Source: Mobula hypostoma
Lineage: Eukaryota
Direction: 5' to 3'
Length of the DNA stretch: 64,000 nt
Assembly (NCBI RefSeq): GCF_963921235.1
Contig: NC_086108.1
Span: 71,674,001 to 71,738,000 of the forward strand
The notes under the pieces were generated by a model that was not told the DNA's origin, ran no database searches, and saw nothing but the letters and a program-made list of their open reading frames with translations. Positions 23,901 through 35,800 of this stretch are shown here, piece by piece (within the stretch, counting starts at the first letter, position 1; each line of letters opens with the position of its first letter). Made by a program: the position numbers and the translations under genes.

Positions 23901-24970
23901 ACCTCCTCTTTCCCAGTCTCTTCAGTTCAGTTCCCAGCCCCCAATAATTCTAGTTTAAACTCTCCCCAGTAGCCTTAGCAAACCTGCTTCTCAGCTTCCT
24001 TCCTAACTCCCTGTAGTCTTTTTTTCAAGACCTCTTCCCTTTTCCCCCCTATGTCATTGGTACCAATATGTATCATGACCTCTGGCTGTTCTCCCTCCCA
24101 CCGCAGGATATCTTGGACACAGTCTGAAACATCCCGGACCTTGGCACCTGGGAGGCAAACTTCTCTCTGAGTTTCTTTCTTGTATCCACAGAATCGCCTG
24201 TCTGACCCCCTAACTATAGAGTCCCCTATCACTACTGCCTTCCTCCTCCTTTCACTACCCTTCTGAGCTACAGGGCCAGACTTCGTGCCAGAGTGACGTC
24301 CATTGCCGCTTCTCCCAGGTAGGCTGTTCCCCCCCAACGGTACTCAAACAGGAGTACTTATTGTCAAGGGGTACAGCCATAGGGGTACTCTCTCGTACCT
24401 GACTCTTCCTCTTCCCCCTCCTGACTGTGACCCATCTGTCTGTCTCCTGTGGCCCTGGTATGACCACCTAACTATAACTCCTTTCTATCACCTCCTTGCT
24501 CTCCCTGACCAGGCGAAGGTCATCAAGCTGCATCTCAGGTTCCCTAACTTGGTCCCTCAGGAGTTGCAGCTCGACATGCCTGGTGCAGATATGGCCGTCC
24601 GGGAGGCTGGGAGACTCCACGACCCCCCCACATCTGACACTGAGCACAGAAAACAGGCCTCACACTCATATTACCTCCTTTCTGCAATTAACACATTTAA
24701 ACCTGTCCCGTTACTGCCTAAGCCCGTTGAGCCAAAGCCCTACCACACTGCCGCCTCTCACTCGGCTGCCTGCAGGATACGGCTGTCTTTTTAAACCTTT
24801 CGCGCACTACTAGCTGACGTCATGTGCCTTCGCAGTCTCGCTTCTCTTTTACCCCGAGCAGTAAAAAAACTCACTTCACTCCGAAAAATCAGCCGTTCAC
24901 TCACAGCCTTCTTGCTCCGAATCAAAAACCTTTGAAGATTCCTTGCCTTTTTAAACCTTTCGCACACAAT
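20985..24970 (-). mobile_element. Near full-length CR1 LINE (ORF1 SGNH esterase, ORF2 EN+RT), frame-disrupted
   Basis: VIGDSIVRG..HIGTNDI (ORF1); ITETW, MGDFNFP (EN); [26 protein letters not shown] (RT); octamer-repeat 3' tail. Confidence 0.95.
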
Positions 24971-25177
24971 AGACTTATGTGCTTCATTTACCTAATGTTG
25001 GTATCTGACTTTTAGGCATTTTTTTGAACCTGAAATTTACTTGTGCCCCATTCTTGTATTTAGATCAAAATCTATTTGTTTTTACACTTTATACTAATGA
25101 TTCTTAAAGCCATTTTAAAACATTGTTGATAAAATATCTTTGCGTGCTCATGGGCTCAAACTTGACCTCTTTTCCAG

Positions 25178-25222
25178 TTTGAAAAAGGATGCGTATGAGA
25201 ATGAAATTCACAAGCTGGTAAG
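25178..25222 (+). CDS. POMGNT1: POMGNT1 exon (45 nt): LKKDAYENEIHKLVR
   Basis: tttccag| and AAG|gtaaag; only this donor keeps the frame. Confidence 0.93.
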
Positions 25223-25588
25223 GTAAAGTAGTGCTTTGTTTAAATAAAACTGCTCTCCTTCTCACTCGTTTTCTTTCTGATCCTGTTTCCTGTTGAATAT
25301 TTATATAGAATAAGAGGACAGGTTATAAAAGAAGCTACAGCATTGTTTAGCTTTTCATTTCAAGAATTTCTGTGATTGGAAAATGTTTACTCACTTGTCA
25401 TACCATTATCTTTAATAAGCAGCGATCGTGTTTAACTACATCTTGGTTAAGAAATTATCCTTAGTGGTAATCAAACAGTTCGGTAATTGTTGATGAACTA
25501 AAATGAACCTGTTCTTTGCAGTGTATACAGTGTAGCTCAGCTTCTGTAGGCCTCTTGGATTTCTAATAATTGGTGGTTATTCCTACAG

Positions 25589-25724
25589 GGAGGCCAAGGT
25601 TCTAGACCATACCAAAAACCCCTGTGAAGATAGTTTCATTCCAGACACCGAAGGAAAAATCTACATAATGTATATTCGAATGGAACAGGAAGATGATTTT
25701 ATTACATGGACACAGTTAGCAAAG
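25589..25724 (+). CDS. POMGNT1: POMGNT1 exon (136 nt): [45 protein letters not shown]
   Basis: cctacag| and |gtaaga; peptide match. Confidence 0.97.
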
Positions 25725-25929
25725 GTAAGAGGGATTTTCTTCTTCCGATTTGAGCCTCAAAGAGTGACTCATAGAGAGGCGCAAGAAATACTAGTCTGAC
25801 ATTAGAAGGTACTTGACTGTGTAAGCATGGTGTATCTGCATTATGTTTGGGAAAATCCCATACTGATTTGTGGTTCAGCAGACGAAATGCGGGGTTTTCC
25901 TCCTGTTTAAGGAATGGTAAAGCTAAGAG

Positions 25930-26780
25930 AGACCTGATCATTGTAAAGGGATTTATCTTGATTGGAATGTAAGTCAAGAGTTTTGGGGGAATGATTTAAG
26001 TAGTTTGCAGATGATACCAGAACTGACTTGTTACTGTTGTAAAGCTGTAGAATTTAGGAAAATATAAGTGATTTGCTTAGGGTGAAGAAAAGTGGCAATT
26101 GGAGTCTATGGGATTTGTTTGGGAGGTGGCAGGGGAAGGGGAAGGGTGAAAACAAGGCAAAGGAATAAATGGAAATAGGGGAAAGATGAAGTGCAGAAGA
26201 CCAAATGATATTTTACAGATTCCTCAAGATAGCTTGCAGGTCAGTAAGGTAATTACAAAGGTAGTTTATCAGTGGAGAAATGGAATGTAAAAGGAAGGAA
26301 ATCATGCTAGAGTTGTGTGAAACATTAAACGTACAGTTTAGAATTCTGCGTAGCTCTGGTCATTGCATTTCAGGAATTGTGAAGCACTAGAGATGATGAA
26401 GAGGATATGTACAGGTTACCATGGCTGAGAGAAATGGTTATGGGAAATGATTAACTAGGTTATGCTTGGTTTCTTTAAAACAGAGAAAGCTGCGGCAGGA
26501 TTTAATCAAGGTGCATAAAATAGTGGCATAGAAAGATTCTTTATATTTTCCCTTTCCTTCCCAGAGAAATTGTATCACCTTAATGGTAAGGTAACAGGAT
26601 TATAAAAGAATTGAACACGTTCTTCTATCCAGGTTCAGTGAGGACAGAAGCTTTTACTGCATTTAATTAGTGGACAAGCAGTCACTGGGTTATAACCTGC
26701 AAGGTTGGGGGAAGAAAATTGGGATATGTGGTTACACTAAGTAGTATTTTCAGACTAGATGGCCCAGTTAGTTGCCTGTG
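25930..26780 (+). mobile_element. Very old CR1-like 3' fragment
   Basis: agtttgcagatgatacc (FADDT) plus decayed downstream CR1 motifs. Confidence 0.55.
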
Positions 26781-26952
26781 AAGTAATCTTCTGATTTAAA
26801 TTGAAGTTTAAGAGAGAGTTGGTGACAATTCCTTCTGGAGTTTTTGTGCCAGTTTTAAAAGATGAACAGGGCCTGTTCGGACTCGTCTGTGGAGCGGGAG
26901 ATCACCGAGAGAGTTGGCAATAATTCCTTGTTTAGTTGCTGTGCCAATTGAA

Positions 26953-27076
26953 GTCTCGGCCCGAAACGTTGACTGTACCTCTTCCTAGAGATACTGCCTG
27001 GCCTGCTGCGTTCACCAGCAACTTTGATGTGTGTTGCTTGAATTTCCAGCATCTGCAGAATTCCTCTTGTTTGCGT
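26953..27076 (+). mobile_element. Solo Penelope terminal-repeat fragment starting inside the hammerhead
   Basis: GTCTCGGCCCGAAACGTTGACTGTACC... matches 10101-10185 and 29169-29271. Confidence 0.85.
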
Positions 27077-28025
27077 TAGAAATCCAGGAGTCACTTAAAA
27101 GAGCCTATCGTATCCGCCCCCACCACCGTTGCTGGCAGCCCATTCTACACACTCACCGCTCTCTGCGTTAAAAAAACAACAAATTATCCCTGATATCTCT
27201 TCTGTGCCTACTTCCAAGCACCTTAAAACTGTGCCCTCTTGTGTTGGCCATGATCCAGGCATAATGGCATGTTCTTTGAGAGATGAGGGAACTCTGGGAG
27301 ATCACCAGTCTCCCTGATAACTACATCTGCACAAAGTGCTTCGAGCTGCAGCTCCTTAGAGACCATGTTAAGGAACAGGAGCTCCATCGGGATGACCTTT
27401 GCCTCATACGGGAGAATGAGATGGTGATATATAGGAGCTACAGGGAGGTAGTCACCCCTAAGTTGTTGGGGGCAGGTAGCTGGGTGACTGTCAGAAGAGG
27501 GAAAGGGAATAAGCAGCTAATGTAGAGTCACCATTCTCCTCAATAATAATTATACCGCTTTGGATACTGCTAGGAGGAGGGGGGATGACCTACCAGGGGA
27601 AGATGCAGTGACTGGCATTGAGTCTGGCTTTGTGGCTCAGAAGGGGAGGAGGGAGAAGAGATGTGCAGTATTGGTAGGGGATTCCGTAGTTAGAGGACAC
27701 CCTGATGGTATGCTGCCTCCCAAGTGCCAGGGATGACTCTGATTAGGTCCACACCATTCTAAAGGTGAACAGATGGATGTTGTGCTACATATTGGTTACC
27801 AACAACATGGGTAGGAAAAGGAATGGGGTCTTAAAGAGAGAATATAGGGAGTTAGGTAGAAAGCTGAAAAGCAGGGCCTCAGGGGTAGTAATCTTGATTG
27901 CTGCCGGTGTCTTGTGCCAGTGAGGGAAAGAATAGAATGATCTGTCAGATGAATGTGTGGCTGAGGAATTGGTGCTGGGAACAGGGTTTCAGATCTCTTC
28001 TGGGAAGGTATGACCTGTACAAAAG

Positions 28026-29271
28026 TCCTCCTTTTTTAAAGAAAGGGGCTTCCCTTCCTCCACCATCAACTCTGCTCTCAAACGCATCTCCCCCATTTCA
28101 CGCACATCTACTCTCACTCCATCCTCCCGCCACCCCACTAGGAATAGGGTTTTCCTTGTCCTCACCTACCACCCCACCAGCCTCTGGGTCCAACATATTA
28201 TTCTCTGTAACCTCCGCCACCTCCAATGGGATCCCACCACTAAGCACATCTTTCCCTCCCCCCCCCCCCGCTTTCCGCAGGGATCGCTCCCTACGCGACT
28301 CCCTTGTCCATTCGTCCCCCCCATCCCTCCCCACCGATCTCCCTTCTGGCACTTATCCTTGTAAGCGGAACAAGTGCTACACATGCCCTTACACTTCCTC
28401 CCTTACCACCATTCAGGGCCCCAGACAGTCCTTCCAGGTGAGGCGAAACTTCACCTGTGAGTCGGCTGGGGTGATATACTGCGTCCGGTGCTCCCGATAT
28501 GGCCTATATATTGGCGAGACCCAACGCAGACTGGGAGACCGCTTTGCTGAACACCTACGCTCTGTCTGCCAGAGAAAGCAGGATCTCTCAGTGGCCACAC
28601 ATTTTATTTCCACATCCCATTCCCATTCTGATATGTCAATCCACGGCCTCCTCTACTGTAAAGATGAAGCCGCACTCAGGTTGGAGGAACAACACCTTAT
28701 ATTCTGTCTGGGTAGCCTCCAACCTGACGGTTTGAACATTGACTTCTCAGACTTCCGCTAATGCCCCACCTCCCCCTCGTACCCCATCCGTTACTTATTT
28801 ATATACACACATTCTTTTTCTTTTTCTCTCTCTCCTGTTTCTCCCTCTGTCCCTCTCACTATACCCCTTGCCCATCCTCTGGGTTTTCCCCCCCTCCCCC
28901 TTTTCTTTCTCCCTAGGCCTCCTGTCCCATGATCCTCTCATATCCCTTTTGCCAATCAACTGTCCAGCTCTTAGCTCCATCCCTCCCCTTCCTGTCTTCT
29001 CCTATCATTTTGGATCTCCCCCTCCCCCTCCTGTCTTCTCCTATCATTTTGGATCTCCCCCTCCCCCTCCTGTCTTCTCCTATCATTTTGGATCTCCCCC
29101 TCCCCCTACCACTTTCAAATCTCTTACTAGCTCTTCTTTCAGTTAGTCTTGTCGAAGGGTTTGGGCCCGACTGTACCTCTTCCTAGAGATGCTGCCTGGC
29201 CTGCTGCATTCACCAGCAACTTTAATGTGTGTTGCTTGAATTTCCAGCATCTGCAGATTTCCTTGTGTTTG
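28026..29271 (+). mobile_element. Penelope-like element (Neptune-type), 5'-truncated, GIY-YIG endonuclease region open
   Basis: FRRDRSLRDSLV..GTYPCKRNKCYTCPY..VIYCVRCSR.GLYIGETQRRLGDRFAEH (Cys linker plus GIY-YIG), followed by the terminal repeat. Confidence 0.93.
28991..29107 (+). repeat. 3 x 39-bp tandem repeat
   Basis: Unit CCTGTCTTCTCCTATCATTTTGGATCTCCCCCTCCCCCT; single-copy in the sister PLE at ~10011. Confidence 0.95.
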
Positions 29272-32200
29272 GGTTACACCTGAACTTGAGAGGCACCAGC
29301 ACCAATAGAGCTGTTTGGAAGGGTTTAAACTAGTTTGGCAGTGGGATAGGAACTGGAGTGATAGGGCTGAAGATGGGGCAGGCGGTACACAAGTAGATGC
29401 AGTGTGCAGTGAGACTGTGAAGAAGGACAGGCAGATCATATAGCAAAATTGCAGTCAGTGGGGTGAGTTGAAGTATGGGGAGGCGCAAAATCAAAAACTG
29501 ATTAAAAACAGAACTGAAGATGTTATATTTGAATGCACACAGTGTGTGGAAGAAGGTAGATGTTCTTGTAGCACAGTCAATGATTGGCAGGTGTGACATT
29601 GTGGATATCACTAAGTCGCAACTGAAAGAATATCATAGTTGAGAGCTTAACATCCAAGGATATGTGTTGTATTGAAAAAATAAGCAGGTAGGGAGAGGGA
29701 GTGGTGCTGCTCTGTTGGTACAAAATGAAATCAAATCTTTAGAAAGGGTGACATAGGACCTAAAGATGTAGAATCCTTTTGGGTAGAGTTAAGGAACTAC
29801 AAGGGTAGAAAGACCCTGATGGGAGTCAAATACAGCCCTCTGAACAGTAGCTAGGATGTGGGGATTAACTTACAGTGTGAGATAGAAAAAGCAGGTGGAA
29901 AAAAAGAATGTTACGGTAGTCATGAGTATTTCAATATGCAGATTGGGAAAATCAGGTTGGTGCTGGATCCCAAGAAAGGGAATGTGTAGAATGCCTACGA
30001 GATGGCTTATTAGAGGAGCTTGTGGTTGAGTCTATTAGGGAAAAAACAATTCTAGTTTGGGTGTTGTGCAATTAACCAGATTTGATTAGGAAGTTAAGAT
30101 AAAGGAACCCTTGGGAAGCAGTGGTCATAATATGATAGAATTCACCCTGCAGTTTGAGAGGGAGAAGATAAAGTGAGATGTATCAGTGTTACAGTGGAGA
30201 AAAGGGAATGAGAGAGGAGCTGGCCAAAGTTGATTGGAAGGGGTCTCTAGCGGGATTGACACCAGAACAGCAGTGGCTGGAGTTTCTAGGAGCTATTTGG
30301 GAGGCATGGATAGTTACATCCAAAGAAATAGTATTCTAAAGGGAGGCTGAACAACTGTCATTGATGAGGGGGTCAAACATGGCATAAAAGCAAAAGAGAG
30401 GGTATATAATATAGCAAAAATTAGTGGGAAGTTAGAGGATTGGGAAACTTTTAAAAACTAACGGAAGACAACTAAAACCATAAGGAGAGAAAAGATGAAA
30501 TTTACGGATGATATGAAGATAGATAGAGGTGCAGATAGTGTTGAGGAAGCAGGAAGTCTGCCTAAGGAATTAAATGGAATATTCTACACTATTCTAGACA
30601 GAAGGACTTAGTGGCAGAGGGAATATAGTGTAGGGAAGTGTTTAGTTATGCACCTTGGTAGAAGGAGTAAGGCATTGACTATTTCCTAAGCAGGGAGAAA
30701 ATTCAAAAATCGGAAGTGCAAAAGGACTTGGAAATCCTCATGCAGGATTCCCTAACATGCAGGTTGAGACAGTGGTAAGGAAGAAAAATGCAATGTTAGC
30801 ATTAATTTCAAGAGGTCTAGAATATAAAAGCAAGGATGTAATGCTGAGGCTTTATAAGGCATGGGTCAGACTGTACTTGAAGTGTTGTGAGCAGTTTTGG
30901 TCCCCTTATTTAAGAAAAAATGTGCTGGTATTTTTGTGGGGGTGGGAGGGGTTTGTTGCCTTGCTGCTGCTTTTGTGTGGGAGGGGGGAACCTGGGGGGT
31001 GGTCTTTGGGGTTCTAACATTTTAACTTGCCATTTATTCTGTGGGGCACTTCACTGTTTCTGTGGATGTCTGCGAAGCAAAAGTAGTTCAGGATGTATAT
31101 TGTATACATTTCTCTGACATTAAATGCACCTATTGAAACCTATTGAGAAAGTCCAGAGGAGGTTCATGGAAATAATTTCAGGAATGAAAGGGTTAAAGTA
31201 TGAGGAGTGTTTGATAGCTCTGGACCTGTACTCACTGGAGCTTAGAAGAATGAGAGAGGATTTCATTGAAACTCATCAAATACTGGAAGGACTAGAAACT
31301 GTTTCCTGTAGTAGTGGAGTCTCGGACCAGAGGGCACAGCCTCAGAATAGAGGGATGTCCATTTAGAAAAGAGATGAGGACTAACTTCTTTAACCAGAGG
31401 AAGATGTATCTGTAGTATTCATAGCCATAGATGACTGTGGGGGCCAAGTCATTAGGTATATTTATAGTGGAGGTTGATAGGTTCTTGATTACCTAGGGTG
31501 TCAAAGATTACAGGGAGAAGGCAGTCAGGATAGAATAGCAAAGCAGACTCATTGGGCCGAATGGTCTCTGATTCTGCTCCCATGTCTTCTCTCATGGTTT
31601 TAAATTGGAAAATCCCTTTAGGTTATAATGGATCAATTAAAAAGATGGTTGTCTTTTTGTGATGTTTTATTCTGCCATTGAATGCTATCGATATGTCCCA
31701 ATTGGAAAAAGTCATCTGTTATTTTATGGCATTGTGTAAAAATAAACAATTTCTGGAACAGCCCTGTTGCACTTAGTTTTCTTCTGGTGTTCTAGAAATT
31801 GTACTTTTTTTACACACCTGGAAGAAGACTCTTGGAGTTTAAATTAGAAGCCAATTATTTGTGCTAACTCCTTGAAATCAATCCCATCCAGCTCTTATAT
31901 TAGCAATGGAGACAGTATGAAACTGATTCACTGGACTATTTCCTGGAAAGAAAAGGTGTCCTGTTAAGAGTGGCCAAAAAAATTAAGTCTAAATTCTTTC
32001 GAGTTTAGAAAAAGGAGAGCTGATTTTATTGAAACACAAGATCCTGAGGGGCACAGCAGGGTACATGCTAATATCTTTTCACTGATGGTATGAACTTGAA
32101 TGAGGGAAAATAGTTAGAAGTTTAGAGAATAGTCATTTGAAGTTGGGGTGCAAAGGAATAACTTGAGAGTTTGATGAATCTCTGGAACTGTTTACCCTGG

Positions 32201-32860
32201 AGTGTTGTGGAAGCTAGTTAAAGAAGTAAAGAAAACTCTGGGAATTAAAGTTTATGGGGAACTGGCACAGAAGAGGTGAGGAGGCTGGGAACAAATGAGT
32301 CGTGGTTACACTAATGGTGAGACAGGCTTGAGGACAAGTCTCCTAACCCTGATGGATTTTTTTCTTATGTCCTTGCACCAGAGCTTAAATTTGCTTCCAC
32401 TGCCCTTCCAGCTAATATATTTGGCACAACAATTTGTATTTGTTGCCTCTGACTGTAATAAGACAGAAATTGCTAGGAACACTCTGGATTAATAGCATCT
32501 GTGGAGATAGAAACCAAGTTCATGTCCTTTCACTTGTAATTAGAAATGTTTAAGAACAAGTTCTGCTGAAAGCTCATCTACTTGAAACTTTAAACCAGTT
32601 CTCTCTCCACAGATGCTTCCTGGTCTGCTGAATGTTTTCAAAATTTACAGCATTTTATTTTTTGCATTTTGATTGTCTCAAGCTTTTTGCAATTTTCCCT
32701 TAACCTGTATCCTATTTCTGGTGCCATTTTCTAAAATTCATTCCATGAAAATCAACACCCACTAATCGTCCTCTTAATTTTCCTTATTTGAAGGAAAACT
32801 GCCCCCTTTCTGGGCCTTCCACATAAATGAAATCCCCAATCCTAATGAATACATGAAATC

Positions 32861-35800
32861 CCAATAACTACTCCTGCTTGAGTACTGTTGGGGGGACGGC
32901 CTATCTGGGGGAAGCTACAGTGGCCGCGCCTCTGGCACAGAGTCTGGCCCTGTGTGTCAGCAGGGCAGGGAAAAGAAGAGGATGGCAGCAGTGATAGGGG
33001 AACTATAGTTAGGGGGTCAGACAGGTGATTCTGTGTTGCAGGAAAGAAGCACGGATGGTAGTTTGCCTCCCAGGTGCCAGGGTCTGAGATGTTTCTAATC
33101 GTGTCCACGATATCCTGAAGTGGGAAGGAGAACGGCCAGAAGTTGTGGTAAATATTGGTACCAATGACATAAGCAGGAAAAGGGAGGAGATCCTGAAAGC
33201 AGACTATAGGGAATTAGGAAGGAAATTGAGAAGCAGGACCACAAAGGTAGTCATCTCAGGATTACTGCCTCTGCCACGTGACAGTGAGTAGAGGAATAGA
33301 ATAAGGTGGAGGATAAATGCGTAGCTGAGGGATTAGAGCGGGGGCAGGGATTCAGATTTCTAGAACATTGGGACCTCTTTTGGAGCAGGAGTGACCTATA
33401 CTAAAAGGATGGGTTGCACTTGAATCCCAGGGGGGCCAATATCCTGGCGGGGAGATTTGTTGAGGCTATTGGGGAGAGTTTAAACTAGGATTGCTGAGGG
33501 GTGGGAACCGAACTGAAGTGACGAAGGAAGAGGCGGTTGGCAAACAAATAGAGAAAGCTTGGAGACAGTGCGAGAGGGAGGATAGGCAGGTGATAAGGGA
33601 AGCAATCAGACCGATGGTTTGAGATGTGTCTATTTTAATGCAAGGGGTATTATGATCAAAGCAGATCAGCTTAGAGTGTGGATCAGTACTTGGAGCTATG
33701 ATGTTGTGGCCATTACAGAGACTTGGATGGCTCAGGAGCAGGAATGGTTACTTAGAGTGCCAGGCTTTACATGTTTCAGAAATGACAGGGAGGGAGGCAA
33801 GAGAGGTGGGGGCGTGGCGCTGCTGATCAGAGATAGTGTCATGGCTGCAGAAAAGGAGGAAGTCATGGAGGGGTTATCTGCAGAGTCTCTGTGGGTGGGA
33901 GTTAGGAACAGGAAGGGGTCGATAACTCTACTGGGTGTTTTTATAGACCACCCAATAGTAACAGGGACATCGAGGAGCAGATAAGGAGACAGATTCTGGA
34001 AAGGTGTAATAATAATAATAGGGTTGTTGTGGTGGGAGATTTTAATTTCTCAAATATCGGTTCGCATGTCCCTAGAGTGAGGGGTTTAGATTGGGTGGTT
34101 TGTTACGTGTGTTCAAGAAGGTTTCTTGACACAATATGTAGATAGGCCTACAAGAGGAGAGGCTGTACTTGATCTGGTATTGGGAAATGAACCTGGTGAG
34201 GTGTCAGATCTCTCAGTGGGAGAGCAGTTTGGAGATACAGGTTTCTCCCGCCATCCGAAGGTAGAGCGTTCCTATGAAATGGTTTGTAAGCCGGAATGTT
34301 GTAAAGTGAAGAGACAATTACCATTTATTTGTATGGGAAAAATTTGTGAGCGTTCGCAGACCCAAAAAAAACCTACCAAATCATGCCAAGTAACACATAA
34401 AACCTAAAATAACAGTAACATATAGTAAAAGCAGGAATGATATGATAAATACACAGCCTATATAAAATAGTAATACTTTTCTACAATCATTGCCGCACTG
34501 TTCTCCATAGCGGAAATCTCACGCAAGCGCTCTCGGCAGAAACACTTTCTCCAGTAACCTTTAAGCTATGAAGCTGCCAAATCATACCAAATAAGACACA
34601 AAAATACACAGTCTATATAAAGTAGAAATAATGTATGTACAATGTAGAATCACTTACTGGAATTGAGAAGTCAGCACCAAGCACACTGATGATGGTGTGT
34701 TAGGCTGAGTCGTCGGAGGTTGGGGTGGTGTAGTGGTCCCCAACCTCCGGGCAGCGAACTGATACTGATCCAAGGAGAATGCAGCAGTAGCCGGGACGCA
34801 CCCAGCACATCTTTAAGAAAAAAGCCTAAATAAACAAGCTAATTAATTAGGTGCTGCCTGGCACGTAAATGTCGGCCCAGATCAGAGGTGACGCAATTGC
34901 CTCTGATCTGGTGTTTTCACGCAGTTGCTCCTGGATGACTTCACTTTCAGTCCGTTCGTTACTGCATTCGGTTTCGATTGTTATCCTTTCCCCTTCCAAT
35001 TGCATCAGCTCTTCATCTGTCAGTTCTTGGTCATGGGATGCCAAAACCTCTTCAACATCATCTTCGTCAACTTCCACAAGCCAAACTCACTTTGTCCTTG
35101 CTTCATTCACCACGATCAAAACGCTTAATTATGTCTAGTTTTACGCTAAGTGTAACACCCTTACGGGCTCTTTTAGGCTTTTCCGATACCTTAGAGCTCA
35201 TCTTGCTAACAGCTGCTCGCAGGCATGTGTTTAAGCAATGCCGGCTGGAATGCAGTTCCGAGGGAGGAGCTTGACTGCTCTTTTTTCGTAACAGTGAAAA
35301 CACCTTCTGTTAGCGAAAACAGGTAACTAATGTAGGTCTTTCGTAACAGTGAGGTTTCGTAAAGTGAACGTTCGAAAAGCGGGGGACACCTGTAGTGATC
35401 ACAATTCTACCTCCTTTACCATAGCATTGGAGAGGGATAGGAACAGACAAGTTATGAAAGCGTTTAATTGGAGTAAGGGGAAATATGAAGCTATCAGGTA
35501 GGAACTTGGAAGCATAAATTGGGAACAGATGTTCTCAGGGAATTGTTTGGAAGAAACATGGCAAATATTCAGGGGATAGTGTGGGGTTCTGCATAGGTAT
35601 ATTCCAATGAGACAGGGAAAGGATGGTAGGGTACAGGAACAGTGGTGTACAAAGGCTGTTGTAAATCTAGTCAAGAAGGCTTACGAAAGGTCAAAAAACT
35701 AGGTAATGATAGAGATCTAGAAGATTATAAGGCTAGCAGGAAGGAGCTTAAGAATGAAATTAGGAGAGCCAGAAGGGGCCATGAGAAGGTCTTGGCGGAC

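Larger units (their letters stand above)
27250..31600 (+). mobile_element. Degraded CR1 LINE (ORF1, EN, internally deleted RT, 3' end) carrying nested insertions
   Basis: LPDNYICTKCFELQLLRDHV (ORF1 zinc finger); GRYDLYK..GLHLN split by the PLE; MLRLYKAWVRLYLKCCEQFWSPY. Confidence 0.85.

Noticed and set aside
27898..28761. 287-aa ORF as a novel esterase-nuclease fusion
   Set aside because: It spans the CR1/PLE insertion junction and includes an out-of-frame stretch, so it is a chance chimera.
28991..29107. CRISPR-like array or extensin-like SPPPP protein
   Set aside because: These are head-to-tail repeats without spacers in the non-coding 3' part of a PLE, in vertebrate DNA.
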